A stretch of 37,612 nt of DNA from an uncultured Candidatus Saccharibacteria bacterium (lineage in GTDB: Bacteria; Patescibacteriota; Andersenbacteria; UBA10190): assembly GCA_964371255.1 (NCBI GenBank), contig CAYJKV010000004.1:1-37612 (forward strand). Direction: 5' to 3'. Positions 8,777-18,952 of the stretch are shown piece after piece. The notes under the pieces were generated by a model, which had not been told where the DNA came from, made no database searches, and worked only from the letters and a program-made list of their open reading frames with translations. The first letter of the stretch is position 1; every line of letters starts with the position of its first letter. The position numbers and the translations under genes were made by a program.

Positions 8777-8805
8777 AGCCCTTCGCGTGTGCGTCGGGCT
8801 TTTTT
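8777..8805 (+). terminator. Hairpin plus T-tract after the second paralog
   Basis: AGCCC-TT-CGC-GTGT-GCG-TC-GGGCT followed by TTTTT. Confidence 0.6.
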
Positions 8806-8984
8806 ATTTATGCCAGCTATGGACATAAAGGCGGGACTTATGTATGGTGGAGGGTCGTCGTGCGCGTACACCGGCCGGCGATTATGCCTGCCGTTGTGGA
8901 TTTAAGGTGGCTGTCGTGTCGGCAGTCACCAAAGTCTAGGAAAACGCGCCACAATTGCCGGCAACAGAAAAAGGGAGTGGAGAG

Positions 8985-9995
8985 ATGAAATCCACATGGC
9001 TGTTGCTCTTTATCAATTTGTTGTGGGTTGGATCAGCTGCTGGAGCAGACGGACCGCCAATTGTCGAGGAGAAGAAACATGGGATGGCGGATGACCGGCT
9101 GAAAGCAGAAAAGGGAGCGGAGGTGAAGGAAGGTGGCTATCTGCTGGAAACGACGAAGACGCTGATTAAGAACTACGGAGCGACCTGTCCTGATTTTCCG
9201 TGTGCCACAGAGAGTATTACGCATTGGAAAATTAGAGGAAGGAGGCTGACTGGCGATAGGTTCGAAAGGCTGATTCCGCTATTGGAGCAGTTTCCATTGT
9301 TGCAGCGGCTGGATCTGGAAGATAACCCGGTGACAGACGAGGACATTAAGTTGTTAGTAGAGTCCAAAGTTGAACTAGTCGAGATCAATCTGGACAAAAC
9401 CAGAATTACTGACAAGGCGTTGTCTTTGCTGGCAGACAGGTATCCTAGCTTGAACAGTTTAGGATTAAACCTAACAGCTGTTTCGGACGAGGGGCTCAAG
9501 GCATTGGAATCGTTGGACCTGAACTACCTGCACATTGGTGGCACGAAGGTTACCAATAAAGGCATGGAGTCAGTGGCTAACTTCGTTAATTTGCGCGATT
9601 TGAATATCGCGCTGACAAAAGTTGACGGAAAAGGCTTGGCTACCATGATGGCCGTGGAGGTTGATAGCGCCACTTTTAGTAAGTTGTTCAAGGACCATCG
9701 ATTAGATATTGAGGCTTGGATAGAGAGGAAAGGACAGCAGTCATATCAAAGAAGCCCTTCCGACGCCATGTACGCCGGGCAGGGGCGCAATTGGATGATG
9801 AGTGAGTTTCACATCGATCTAACGGAATTACGGATCTATGGGCTGGACAAATCAGATTGGGTCCTGAGAGGACGCGGTGTGCAAAATCTGGAACGTCTCT
9901 GGTGGATCCGTTCCGGCGTGACCTTACGAGATCTGATCTGTGTACAGGCTGTAAGCTCGAAGAGAGTTCTGTTTTATTCCCGTCCTGACTTCTAG
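8985..9995 (+). CDS. Secreted leucine-rich-repeat protein
   Basis: Signal peptide MKSTWLLLFINLLWVGSAAGA; about 5 LRRs of type LxxLxLxxTxVTDxGLxxL (LQRLDLEDNPVTD, LNSLGLNLTAVSDEGL, LRDLNIALTKVDGKGL). Confidence 0.85.
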   Translation: MKSTWLLLFINLLWVGSAAGADGPPIVEEKKHGMADDRLKAEKGAEVKEGGYLLETTKTLIKNYGATCPDFPCATESITHWKIRGRRLTGDRFERLIPLLEQFPLLQRLDLEDNPVTDEDIKLLVESKVELVEINLDKTRITDKALSLLADRYPSLNSLGLNLTAVSDEGLKALESLDLNYLHIGGTKVTNKGMESVANFVNLRDLNIALTKVDGKGLATMMAVEVDSATFSKLFKDHRLDIEAWIERKGQQSYQRSPSDAMYAGQGRNWMMSEFHIDLTELRIYGLDKSDWVLRGRGVQNLERLWWIRSGVTLRDLICVQAVSSKRVLFYSRPDF

Positions 9996-10019
9996 TGGAG
10001 TTTTGTATCTTTAGTGTTT

Positions 10020-10048
10020 GCCCGTCTTAACATAAGCCGGGCTTTTTT
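10020..10048 (+). terminator. Rho-independent terminator
   Basis: GCCCG-T-CTTA..TAAG-C-CGGGC followed by T6. Confidence 0.7.
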
Positions 10049-10053
10049 AATAT

Positions 10054-10082
10054 TTGACATTATTTATTATCTGTGCTACAAA
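10054..10082 (+). promoter_or_regulatory. Candidate sigma70 promoter for the GT2/GT-C-GH5 operon
   Basis: TTGACA-N17-TACAAA with TGn extension. Confidence 0.45.
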
Positions 10083-10179
10083 TTGTGGTTATGTTTTTTT
10101 GTGGTATTTGAGGTTATCTGGGTGTTTTGATGGGGAGAACATAATGTAAGACTTTGTTTCTAATCGTTTTAAACAGATT

Positions 10180-12387
10180 ATGCAGGACATCGCAAACAAA
10201 CAACCCAGGGGAGTCAGTGTGATAATACCGACGCATAATGATGCGGCAATCTTGCCGGGGTTATTGGAGCGGATGCATAGGACTTTGTCTTTATATGGCG
10301 AATGGGAGGCGATTATAGTTGATGAGCGTTCGGCAGATAATTTAGGAGAGATGGTTCGGTTATTGGCCCTGCAATATCCGATAAAGCTTATAACCGGGCT
10401 CGGGAAAAACAAAGAAGCGCAACTAATTTGTGAAGGATTAAAAGCGGCTCAGTATCCGATCTTGGCTGTTTTCAACGCGGGGGCAGAATATCGGCCAGAA
10501 GACTTGGGCGTAATGTGGGAGGGGTTAATGGCGGGAGAGGCAGACGTTGTAGTAACCAGGCGGAATGGTGGCGCAAAGAAAACTGTCGGTCAGCGAATGT
10601 TCCAAAGAGGAGAATGGTTGTTTATGAGACTGATGTTCGGTTTGAATTATGACGCGGGTTCTAGCTTGATTATGTTTTCCCGGCAGTACTTGCCGGTGGC
10701 GACATCTGCAGGACTAAAGAATTTTAACTTGTCCTTTTTATGGCACGCCGCACAGGCGGGGGCGAGAATAGCTGAGCAGGACATTCTTTATATTCAGGAA
10801 GGGAAGAGAGTTGATCCGATGAGAACGGTGGTGGGTGGTTTAGTCATGGCGTGGGAGGCGCTGCTAATCCGGCTAAGAGGGTTGTTGGTGGTGCCGTTTG
10901 CGGATGGAAATCAGATAGGTCAGGCGGGGAGCGGTATTTGTTATAAAGATAAAAAATATATTACGCACAATTATTTGCCGCCCGAGCAGTCCGCTTTTAA
11001 ACGGTTTAACCGAAAAGAAATAATAATTTTGATATTAATTGCTATTTGTTTGGGATTTGGTTTCCACAAAAATTGGCAGGCGACGCTGGTTGGCATCGTG
11101 GGGGCAGTGTCCCTGATTTATTTAATGGACGTGATCTTTATGTTTTTATTGTCAGCGCGAAGTCTGTTAGCTTCTCCGGAAATAAAGGCTGAGCAGGCAG
11201 AGATTGATCGGCTTAAAGATGAGGATTTGCCGGTTTATACGGTGCTATGTCCCCTCTATAAGGAACCGGAGGTAGTGGAGCAGTTTGTTGAAGCGATGAG
11301 GGGTATTGACTGGCCGACGGATAAGCTGGATGTGCAATTATTAATTGAGGAGGATGATCAGCTGACACAAGAAATGATCAATTGGATGGTGCTGCCGCCT
11401 CACATTCAGGTTAGGATCGTGCCGCCGGGTCTGCCTAAAACAAAACCAAAGGCTTGTAACTACGGATTGGCACATGCCAAAGGAGAATATGTGGTGATAT
11501 TTGACGCGGAGGATATTCCGGAGCCTGACCAACTAAAGAAAGCCTACATAGCTTTTCAAAAAGTTGAGCCCGAGGTGGTTTGTATGCAAGCCAGGTTAGA
11601 CTATTTCAACGCCAAACAGAATTTGTTAACGCGTTTATTCGCGACTGAGTATAATTTGTGGTTTGGTGTAATATTACCTGGTTTGTATGCCTTGCAAGCA
11701 CCGATTCCGTTAGGAGGAACGTCTAATCACTTCCGACGAATGGTTCTGGATGAATTGTCCGGCTGGGATCCGTTCAACGTGACCGAGGACTGCGATTTGG
11801 GTATTCGTTTATTCAGTTTGGGTTATCGTACGGCGATTATAGATTCTAATACCCATGAAGAAGCCAACAGCCAGCTGGGGAACTGGATAAGGCAACGGTC
11901 CCGTTGGATTAAGGGGTATGCCCAGACGCAATTAGTAGCTTGGCGTAAGATTGACGCTATCGCGCTGCAGGGGTGGGATAAGTTTATTATTTTTATACTG
12001 GTATTTGTCCATAAAGCTTTTTCATTGTTTATAAACCCTTTGCTGTGGTTGCTGACAATCGGTTATTTTTTGGCGCCGCATATGGTGCAACCTCTAACCA
12101 AGATGTTATTCTCGGGACCGATCGGTTATATCGGGGCATTTACGATGATCGTGGGCAATTTTTTGTATTTCTACTCGCATATTTTAGCGGCGATAAAAAC
12201 AAAGCAATGGTGGATGGTTAAATACACGTTCGTCATCCCGTTCTATTGGCTGCTGATGAGCGTGGCGGGCTGGTATGGAATGTGGCAATTAATCGTTAAA
12301 CCGCATTACTGGGAAAAGACGCGGCATGGCTTATCAGCACAACCGAAAAAAATATGGGTGCCTTTAGCCTCGGGCAGCGAAGTTTAA
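10180..12387 (+). CDS. Processive GT2 glycan synthase (cellulose-synthase-like) with an extra, degenerate N-terminal DPM1-like GT2 domain
   Basis: N-term VSVIIPTHND..IIVDERS; C-term YTVLCPLYKE, KTKPKACNYG, IFDAED, VTEDCDLG, RQRSRWIKG, then TM helices. Confidence 0.9.
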   Translation: MQDIANKQPRGVSVIIPTHNDAAILPGLLERMHRTLSLYGEWEAIIVDERSADNLGEMVRLLALQYPIKLITGLGKNKEAQLICEGLKAAQYPILAVFNAGAEYRPEDLGVMWEGLMAGEADVVVTRRNGGAKKTVGQRMFQRGEWLFMRLMFGLNYDAGSSLIMFSRQYLPVATSAGLKNFNLSFLWHAAQAGARIAEQDILYIQEGKRVDPMRTVVGGLVMAWEALLIRLRGLLVVPFADGNQIGQAGSGICYKDKKYITHNYLPPEQSAFKRFNRKEIIILILIAICLGFGFHKNWQATLVGIVGAVSLIYLMDVIFMFLLSARSLLASPEIKAEQAEIDRLKDEDLPVYTVLCPLYKEPEVVEQFVEAMRGIDWPTDKLDVQLLIEEDDQLTQEMINWMVLPPHIQVRIVPPGLPKTKPKACNYGLAHAKGEYVVIFDAEDIPEPDQLKKAYIAFQKVEPEVVCMQARLDYFNAKQNLLTRLFATEYNLWFGVILPGLYALQAPIPLGGTSNHFRRMVLDELSGWDPFNVTEDCDLGIRLFSLGYRTAIIDSNTHEEANSQLGNWIRQRSRWIKGYAQTQLVAWRKIDAIALQGWDKFIIFILVFVHKAFSLFINPLLWLLTIGYFLAPHMVQPLTKMLFSGPIGYIGAFTMIVGNFLYFYSHILAAIKTKQWWMVKYTFVIPFYWLLMSVAGWYGMWQLIVKPHYWEKTRHGLSAQPKKIWVPLASGSEV

Positions 12388-12397
12388 TTTAAGAAAT

Positions 12398-15028
12398 ATG
12401 AGCAATCTTTGGACCATTATTAAGTGCTGCCATATTAAATCTTATGTGCCGGTATTGCTGCTGGCGATTGGTTTATCGGTTATCAGTACTTGGTATTTTA
12501 TGGACCAAGGTTTGGTGACTAATTATAACGATGCCCGAGCGCATTTGAATTTAGCCCGTCTGGTCTTTGATAACCAAAAGCCGGGGTTAGCTCAACTGGG
12601 TGGGGTGTGGCTGCCTTTACAGCACTGGTTAATGCTGCCGTTTGTATGGAGTCGGGTGTGGTGGCAAAACGGTTTGGCAGGATCTATCGTTTCGATGGTC
12701 AGCTATATTGTCGCGGGAACAGCGGTTTATGCTCTGGGTGAATTGGTGACGGGAAAACGCAGTATTGGTTTAATGGCAACTCTAGTGTTCCTGCTGAACG
12801 TCAATGTTTGGTATATGCAAAGCGTGCCGATGTCAGAATTGTTATTGCTAATGTTCTTTGTTTTGACCACGTACTGTTTAGTGCGCTGGGTGATGATGCG
12901 AGATCCGTGGTGGTTAACGGCTACCGCCTTAGCGTGTGTAGGGGCGACTTTAACCAGATATGATGGTTGGTTCATGCTGTTGTGGGTGACCGGGGTGGTA
13001 GTGGCCGTCGAGTGGAGTTGGGTTAAGCAAAGGACGACATCGATCGAACAGGCCGGTGCTTTGCTATTAATGTTTTTAGCTTTGGCTTTTGTCGGAGTGG
13101 TGTTTTGGTTGGGGTGGAACTGGGTGATATATAGCGACCCACTCTTCTTTGCATATGGCCCATATTCGGCTAAAGCGCAGCAAGCAGTGATTGCGGCTAG
13201 CGGTAAGTTGTATACAGTCCAAAACTTACCATTGTCGCTGCGGGCTTACGGCTGGGCAACCTTTAATAATGTGGGTTTGGTTGGTACAGGTTTGTTGTTG
13301 AGCGGATTGATTGTTTGGCCGGGAAGCTGGCCACGGAAGGAATGGAAGATTCTCTTACCTCTGACAGTATTGTTGTCACCTTTTTTCTTCCATGTGCTGG
13401 CGTTGTATCGAGGGCAGAGCATTTTAATGGTGCCAGAGCTTGGGTTGTTTGACCCTGAGCGGCCGGCCAGCGCGTGGTTTAATGTGAGATATGGATTGGT
13501 GATGTTGCCGGCCGCGGCTATTTGGGGGACATATTTCTTAAGAAAAAAGATTTGGCAGGTAATGTTGGTGCTGTTGTTGATTGGACAAGCGTCATATTCT
13601 TTGGCTACGCATGACATTGTGACTTTGACCGACGCTACTAAAGGCACTAGCGCCCTGGTCGTTGATCAGGAAGCTAAATGGCTAGCGACGCACATTAAAG
13701 AGGGCGAGTTAGTGATGGCCTCACTGGCATTTCACAACGCATTCGCATACGAAACGGGCGTGCCAATGAAGCAGTTTATTCATGAAGGAACAGATGATAT
13801 ATGGCGGGTGGCACTGGCCGACCCAGCGGCACTGGCTGAGTGGGTGATTATGATGAAGGGGGATTTGGGTGATCCACTTTATGACGGATTTATTAAGAGC
13901 GGTAATGAACAGTTCAGGCAAAATTATCGTATTGCTTACCGGGGTGACTTTTTAAATATTTACCGGCGATCAAACTTTGTTGTTCGTGACGGCTCAACCC
14001 TTTATTACAAGGGGCAACCACTTAGATTTGTGGGAGTAAACTCTTATGACTTGCTATATCAGGAACCGGCCATAATGCGTGAGACAATGCGACAGGCAAG
14101 GATTTATGGTTTCCCAGTGATTAGGTTTTGGGCGTTTGGTGAAGGATTTCCGGGAGCGATGCAACCGCAAGCGGGGGTGTTGGACGAAGATGTAGCGACC
14201 AGGCTTGATGTCCTGTTGTCTATCGCACGGGACGAGAACGTGCGGCTGGTACCGGTACTAGGCAACTATTGGGCCGATTATGGAGGAGTAGGGGTTTATT
14301 TGAGCTGGTTGGGTAAGCCACAGACACGGTTGTCAGAACAGGACGTCTTCTTTGCCAGCCCAGAAGCCCGAGCGTTGTATTGGAATTATGTAGAAAAAAT
14401 TGTTAATCGGCGGTCGGGGGTCACGGGCATCCGGTATAAAGATGATCCGACAATCTTAGCCTGGGAGTTAATGAACGAACCGCGCACGGCTGACCGTATG
14501 GATCAAGAACTAGTGCGAGCGTGGGTGGACCAGCTGGGGGAATATATCCATGGACTAGATAATAATCATCTGGTAATAAGCGGTGTGGAAGGTTTTATGA
14601 ACGATGTTTATCCGGACGTCTCCGGACCGGACCATATTGTTGGCAATAGCTCGAAATACGTTGATATTGCGTCAGGCCATTTGTATCAGAAGTACTTGGC
14701 AGAACCAACTGATAATAGAAACCTTAGGCGAGTGATTGCGGCCTGGGCGGATAATGCGCAAGCAATGACTAAGCCTCTGTTTGTTGGTGAAATTGGTTTC
14801 CCCCGCGACAAAGTGGGAGGGAGGGAACGAGGAGTGGGCTTGATTGATGTATTGGAGGAAGCACAAGAGGATAATGTCAGCGGACTGTTTATTTGGAACT
14901 GGGCTTTGTATGCGGGGGAACCACACAATATTTCTCCGTTGGTAGCAGAAGACAGGCTGGTTTTACAGAAAATCAGGCCATTGGTGCCAGTGGTAGAGTT
15001 TGCAGCAGAGACAGTAACGGAAAAATAA
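12398..15028 (+). CDS. Fusion of GT-C (PMT/ArnT-like) membrane glycosyltransferase and C-terminal GH5 (beta-mannanase-like) domain
   Basis: YNDARAHL, GGVWLPL, PMSELL, LTRYDGW plus many TMs; GH5 motifs FVGVNSY, IRFWAF, NYWADYGG, YKDDPTILAWELMNEPR, FVGEIG. Confidence 0.85.
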   Translation: MSNLWTIIKCCHIKSYVPVLLLAIGLSVISTWYFMDQGLVTNYNDARAHLNLARLVFDNQKPGLAQLGGVWLPLQHWLMLPFVWSRVWWQNGLAGSIVSMVSYIVAGTAVYALGELVTGKRSIGLMATLVFLLNVNVWYMQSVPMSELLLLMFFVLTTYCLVRWVMMRDPWWLTATALACVGATLTRYDGWFMLLWVTGVVVAVEWSWVKQRTTSIEQAGALLLMFLALAFVGVVFWLGWNWVIYSDPLFFAYGPYSAKAQQAVIAASGKLYTVQNLPLSLRAYGWATFNNVGLVGTGLLLSGLIVWPGSWPRKEWKILLPLTVLLSPFFFHVLALYRGQSILMVPELGLFDPERPASAWFNVRYGLVMLPAAAIWGTYFLRKKIWQVMLVLLLIGQASYSLATHDIVTLTDATKGTSALVVDQEAKWLATHIKEGELVMASLAFHNAFAYETGVPMKQFIHEGTDDIWRVALADPAALAEWVIMMKGDLGDPLYDGFIKSGNEQFRQNYRIAYRGDFLNIYRRSNFVVRDGSTLYYKGQPLRFVGVNSYDLLYQEPAIMRETMRQARIYGFPVIRFWAFGEGFPGAMQPQAGVLDEDVATRLDVLLSIARDENVRLVPVLGNYWADYGGVGVYLSWLGKPQTRLSEQDVFFASPEARALYWNYVEKIVNRRSGVTGIRYKDDPTILAWELMNEPRTADRMDQELVRAWVDQLGEYIHGLDNNHLVISGVEGFMNDVYPDVSGPDHIVGNSSKYVDIASGHLYQKYLAEPTDNRNLRRVIAAWADNAQAMTKPLFVGEIGFPRDKVGGRERGVGLIDVLEEAQEDNVSGLFIWNWALYAGEPHNISPLVAEDRLVLQKIRPLVPVVEFAAETVTEK

Positions 15029-15122
15029 CCACTGATGCCTTTGGGTCAGTATAGGGTTTTATGAAGACGTGCCTAGAGTGCTGGGAAAGTTTTTGAGCAA
15101 AAAATCAGGCAACAAAGTGGCG

Positions 15123-16403
15123 TCACTTGATTTGCCAGAGAGCGGTAAGTTGGCGCCAGTGGGCGGGTGTCAGTGTGTGAAAAGCATAAAAAGAGGTGCC
15201 GGCTACATTTTCCTGAGAGGCGGCCGAGAGGGCGGCGGTGAATTGACTGGGTGAAAGCGGCTCGTGGCTAGCAAAACCTTGTACGCTGACGGCGATGGGG
15301 ATGTTCTTGTTTAACTGTTGTTTGAATTGCCTAACCATAGAAGCTGTCCAATCAGGAGACTGAGGATATTCGAAGTCCAGGAACAGGCTTTGGATCTCAA
15401 TGATGTCAGGTTGTAGATGAGCCAGCGCCGTGATATCTGTGCCGAGCCATTCTTTGATAGCGCTGAAGTTTTTTAAATGGCCGGTAGCATCAGGCTCAGT
15501 AAAAACGGTGATAATAACAGGGCGGCTTCGGTATTGTTTGATTTGGCGCATGGTTTGAGCCACAAAATTGGTGACAATATCGGCGCGGGCGTTTATAAAC
15601 CGCTGGTACGTCTGAAGAACGGCAGGATCATCTGACTCGCGCAAATATTTAAGAAGTTGAGCAGGTTCGCGGACGCCTTGCTGCTCATAAAGCGCCAGGG
15701 CGGCGGGGGAGAAATCAGTATAAAAATTGTCGTCTTTATCACCCCAGCCGATCAGCGGTTCCGAAATAACCCAACCATCGATCGGCAGTTTGTTAACCTC
15801 GTGAATGGTTTGTAAGTGATACTGTAGAAAATCTGGGTTGGCTAAGGAGGCGAAGGGTAAATTAACGCCAGGCTCATCGGCTTGATTATAAGGCTGGTGG
15901 TTGATGGTGCGTGCGTACCAGTCGGGATGCGCAGCGGAGGGAAAGTTGTCTTTGCCGACGACAAACCAGGCGTAAACCTGCAGGTTTTGAGAATGAGCCT
16001 CCTCAATAAATTTTTCAAGCCAGTCTTGTTGGCCGAGCGGACTTAAAGAAACTAGCTGGCTGCGATAGTTAGCTTGGCCATCACTCCAGGGATTTATGAA
16101 AACAGTATTGGCGCCGGCAGAAGTTAGTTGCTTAATAATTTGTTGGCGCAGGTCAGCTTGATTGACAGGTATGGGCATTGATGACAGATCAACGCGCACG
16201 GATTTGAGGGCGGCGGGGGCAGAAGCGGGCGACAGAACCGGGGAGAGGAGAGGTGAAGTAAACGAATTTAAAATAGGCGCGGGTTTGATAAAAAAGAAGA
16301 TGGCAGCAAGGAAAGCGCTTGCGACAAGCGTGATGACGAGGTATTGGTATTTAGTAGAGGCTATGATAGGATAAATGGATTTTATAAATAAGATGTTTCT
16401 CAT
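15123..16403 (-). CDS. Membrane-anchored TIM-barrel glycoside-hydrolase-like protein (GHL10/GHL13, PgaB C-domain-like)
   Basis: GANTVFINPWSDGQANYRS, FIEEAHSQNLQVYAW, HPDW, IDGWVISEP; N-terminal TM; start trimmed from 16766 to ATG 16403. Confidence 0.7.
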   Translation of the reverse strand: MRNILFIKSIYPIIASTKYQYLVITLVASAFLAAIFFFIKPAPILNSFTSPLLSPVLSPASAPAALKSVRVDLSSMPIPVNQADLRQQIIKQLTSAGANTVFINPWSDGQANYRSQLVSLSPLGQQDWLEKFIEEAHSQNLQVYAWFVVGKDNFPSAAHPDWYARTINHQPYNQADEPGVNLPFASLANPDFLQYHLQTIHEVNKLPIDGWVISEPLIGWGDKDDNFYTDFSPAALALYEQQGVREPAQLLKYLRESDDPAVLQTYQRFINARADIVTNFVAQTMRQIKQYRSRPVIITVFTEPDATGHLKNFSAIKEWLGTDITALAHLQPDIIEIQSLFLDFEYPQSPDWTASMVRQFKQQLNKNIPIAVSVQGFASHEPLSPSQFTAALSAASQENVAGTSFYAFHTLTPAHWRQLTALWQIK

Positions 16404-17664
16404 GACTAATATATTTAATGGTTTTATTAGTAAAGCTGTCAATTTGTCTTTTATAACTTTATTAATAGTAACCAGTGTACTGTGGTCAGCCGGCAGCGTG
16501 GAGGCGCAGACTGTGGGAGCGGTAACTAATCCAGGTTTTGAGGAACAAGGGGCAGGGAAATCTAGCAAGATAGCCGCAGGCTGGCAGCTATATGAGCAAG
16601 GATATAGGCGAGTAAAGACGGCGCATACAGGAAGCTGGGGGATAACTTTACAGAGTGCTCGATCAGGGCAATTGATTGCTGGAGCATCGCAGCGGGTTGA
16701 TTTGCAGCAAACCGAAATGAAGCCGGTGCAAATAACAGGCTTCGTCAAAGGCAACAGGATTGTCAATAACGGCGGTTGGTTTGGCGCTAGTCTGTACGCA
16801 GAAATTCATTTGCAGGACGGATCGATAGCGTACTGGAACTCTGTACCAAACTTCGGGACATTTGGCTGGCGGTGGATTGGATTTAACACAGGAACGTTGG
16901 CGTCTGTTAATCAGCCAATTGATCATATCTTTATTGTACCGATTTTGGGTGAAGCCACCGGGCAAGCATGGTTTGATGATATTAGTGTTAAAGAGTATGG
17001 GCCGGGGGAAGGGGCGGTGACGATTATGTTTGATGATGGAGAGCTGAACACTTATGAGCAGGCGTTACCGGCGATGGAGCAACATGGATGGCCGGGAGCG
17101 ACGGCAGTGATAACAGAAATGGTGGGGGAAGAAGGGTTTATGGACTGGGACCAGTTAAAGATATTGCAGCAGAAAGATTGGGATGTACTGTCTCACGGTA
17201 TAACCCATTCGGACTTAACGACTTTAACGACACTGGGAGCAAAGCAAGAATTATATAAGTCAAAGCGTTTGTTAGAGATAAACGGTTTTGAGATTAGGCA
17301 CTTTGCTTTGCCGTTCGGGGCATACAACGCCGAAATTATGGCGCTGGGAACTAATTATTATAAATCAGTGAGGCCTTATGAGCAGGGCAGCAATCCGGCT
17401 GGAGCTTTGCCGTGGGAAGTGAAAGTGCGCGGGGTGACGACCGCGACCGATACTGCCACGATTGAGGAGTGGGTTAATGAAGCAAAAAACAATGGGCAAT
17501 GGGTTGTGATTGTGTATCACAAGATTGCTGAGACAGGAGATGACGCTTACTTTACGACGCCGGATGAATTAGCGAATATGCTACAGACAATTGATGATAG
17601 CGGAGTTGAGGTTGTGGCTTATGACCAGGGCTGGCAGAAATTTGGAACGAACGCAGTAAAATAA
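16402..17664 (+). CDS. Secreted polysaccharide deacetylase (CE4) with N-terminal CBM4/9-like domain
   Basis: Signal ending VEA-Q; NPGFE..W..AHTG..WFDDISV; TIMFDDG, SHGITHSDL, FALPFG, IVYH; start uncertain (16375-16444). Confidence 0.88.
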   Translation: MTNIFNGFISKAVNLSFITLLIVTSVLWSAGSVEAQTVGAVTNPGFEEQGAGKSSKIAAGWQLYEQGYRRVKTAHTGSWGITLQSARSGQLIAGASQRVDLQQTEMKPVQITGFVKGNRIVNNGGWFGASLYAEIHLQDGSIAYWNSVPNFGTFGWRWIGFNTGTLASVNQPIDHIFIVPILGEATGQAWFDDISVKEYGPGEGAVTIMFDDGELNTYEQALPAMEQHGWPGATAVITEMVGEEGFMDWDQLKILQQKDWDVLSHGITHSDLTTLTTLGAKQELYKSKRLLEINGFEIRHFALPFGAYNAEIMALGTNYYKSVRPYEQGSNPAGALPWEVKVRGVTTATDTATIEEWVNEAKNNGQWVVIVYHKIAETGDDAYFTTPDELANMLQTIDDSGVEVVAYDQGWQKFGTNAVK

Positions 17665-17683
17665 CTATAGCAATATAAAATAT

Positions 17684-18952
17684 CTAGTGGGGAGGGGGCG
17701 GCTCAGAACGGCGTTGAGGCGGAGTCCAAACGCCAGAGGACTTGGTGGTAAAAGCTTTTTTAAAGGCATAGAGGAAGATTGCGGCGTCCACATAACGAAG
17801 CAGAGGAAAAGCAAGGCCGTAAATGGATAGCTTATCCTCGCGTTCTTTAAAGCCGACAATAATAGTCACGAGGTAATCAGTTAAGATTAAGAAGGCATAA
17901 ACTAGGAATAGCTCGGTCCAATGGCTGATGAGCCAGTCTAGAGCTAGGCTGTCGGGCGGGAAAAGGGCAGGCAGGAAAGAATAGGCTAGGGTTAGGATGA
18001 GCAGGATCGGAATAATCAAAAGGAGTAAGGAAAAAATAAACATCTCAACCAAAGAAGCCCCAAGCGACAACCAGAAAAAAGAAGGCCACACTCCCCAGTA
18101 TCTAATAGTCTGGAAAAATCCAAGATTCCAACGCAATAGCTGGGAGCGGTAATCGGTGAAATTGTCTGGATCCTGGGTAGTGGCGATAACGGAGGGGTGG
18201 TGGGCGATCGTCCCGAGTTTTAAGCGGTGTAATTGGAAGGCCATGTTAAAGTCTTCGATGATTACCCCAGGCGCATAGAAACTTAGATGACGCAGAATGT
18301 CAGTACGATACAGACAAGCAAAACCAGGGATAACTGGATTGACGTTGGTGCGGTGCCAGGTTTGGCCGTACATAATAAAGGGCTGGATAAACCCATAGAG
18401 CCGCAGGCGATAAGCCACAAAGAGCAGCTGCCAGGAAGGCCTGGTATGCTTCGGCCAGCGCGTCTTAGTGTATGCAGCCACAACGGCGACGCGCGGTTTT
18501 TGCTTAAATAGAGGCAGGGCGTGGCGCAGATAATTACTATCAAAGATCGTATCCGCGTCGGCAATAAGGAGGTAGCGGTAACGATTGAGCAGGCGAAAAT
18601 AAGCAATGGTTTTTTGCAGGGCTTTAGCTTTGCCGAGGCCTGGATTTATTTCCAGGACAACACAACCCAGGCGGCGGGCAAGGTTGGCAGTTTGGTCATT
18701 AGAGCCATCACTCACGACGTAAATTTGTCTGGTCGAGACCAGGGCTTGCAAGGAAGTGATGGTGTCCTCAAGGACTAAGGCTTCGTTGTGGGCAGGTATA
18801 CACACGGCTACTTCTTTGGCTGAAGCTAACAATTCCTGATCGGATAAAGGCATAAGTCCCCGTTTTTTTTCGGTGCGGTCAGAGAGGTAGCGGAGGGTGC
18901 CGATACAACACCAAAACAATGTATTGAGGCTGATTGGTAGAATGCCTTTCAT
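17684..18952 (-). CDS. Processive GT2 glycosyltransferase (IcaA/PgaC-like)
   Basis: CIPAHNE, VSDGSND, GKAKAL, ADADT, IEDF, QLLRW, C-terminal TMs. Confidence 0.88.
   Translation of the reverse strand: MKGILPISLNTLFWCCIGTLRYLSDRTEKKRGLMPLSDQELLASAKEVAVCIPAHNEALVLEDTITSLQALVSTRQIYVVSDGSNDQTANLARRLGCVVLEINPGLGKAKALQKTIAYFRLLNRYRYLLIADADTIFDSNYLRHALPLFKQKPRVAVVAAYTKTRWPKHTRPSWQLLFVAYRLRLYGFIQPFIMYGQTWHRTNVNPVIPGFACLYRTDILRHLSFYAPGVIIEDFNMAFQLHRLKLGTIAHHPSVIATTQDPDNFTDYRSQLLRWNLGFFQTIRYWGVWPSFFWLSLGASLVEMFIFSLLLLIIPILLILTLAYSFLPALFPPDSLALDWLISHWTELFLVYAFLILTDYLVTIIVGFKEREDKLSIYGLAFPLLRYVDAAIFLYAFKKAFTTKSSGVWTPPQRRSEPPPPH

Noticed and set aside
702-8984. DGR template repeat or reverse transcriptase within the window
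   Set aside because: No third AAY-rich copy was seen by eye in the intergenic regions and no ORF has RT motifs; a BLASTn self-search would be needed to be certain.
16404-16766. N-terminal 121 aa of the 547-aa minus ORF
   Set aside because: Antisense to the deacetylase signal/CBM region and not protein-like; ATG 16403 precedes the TM anchor.
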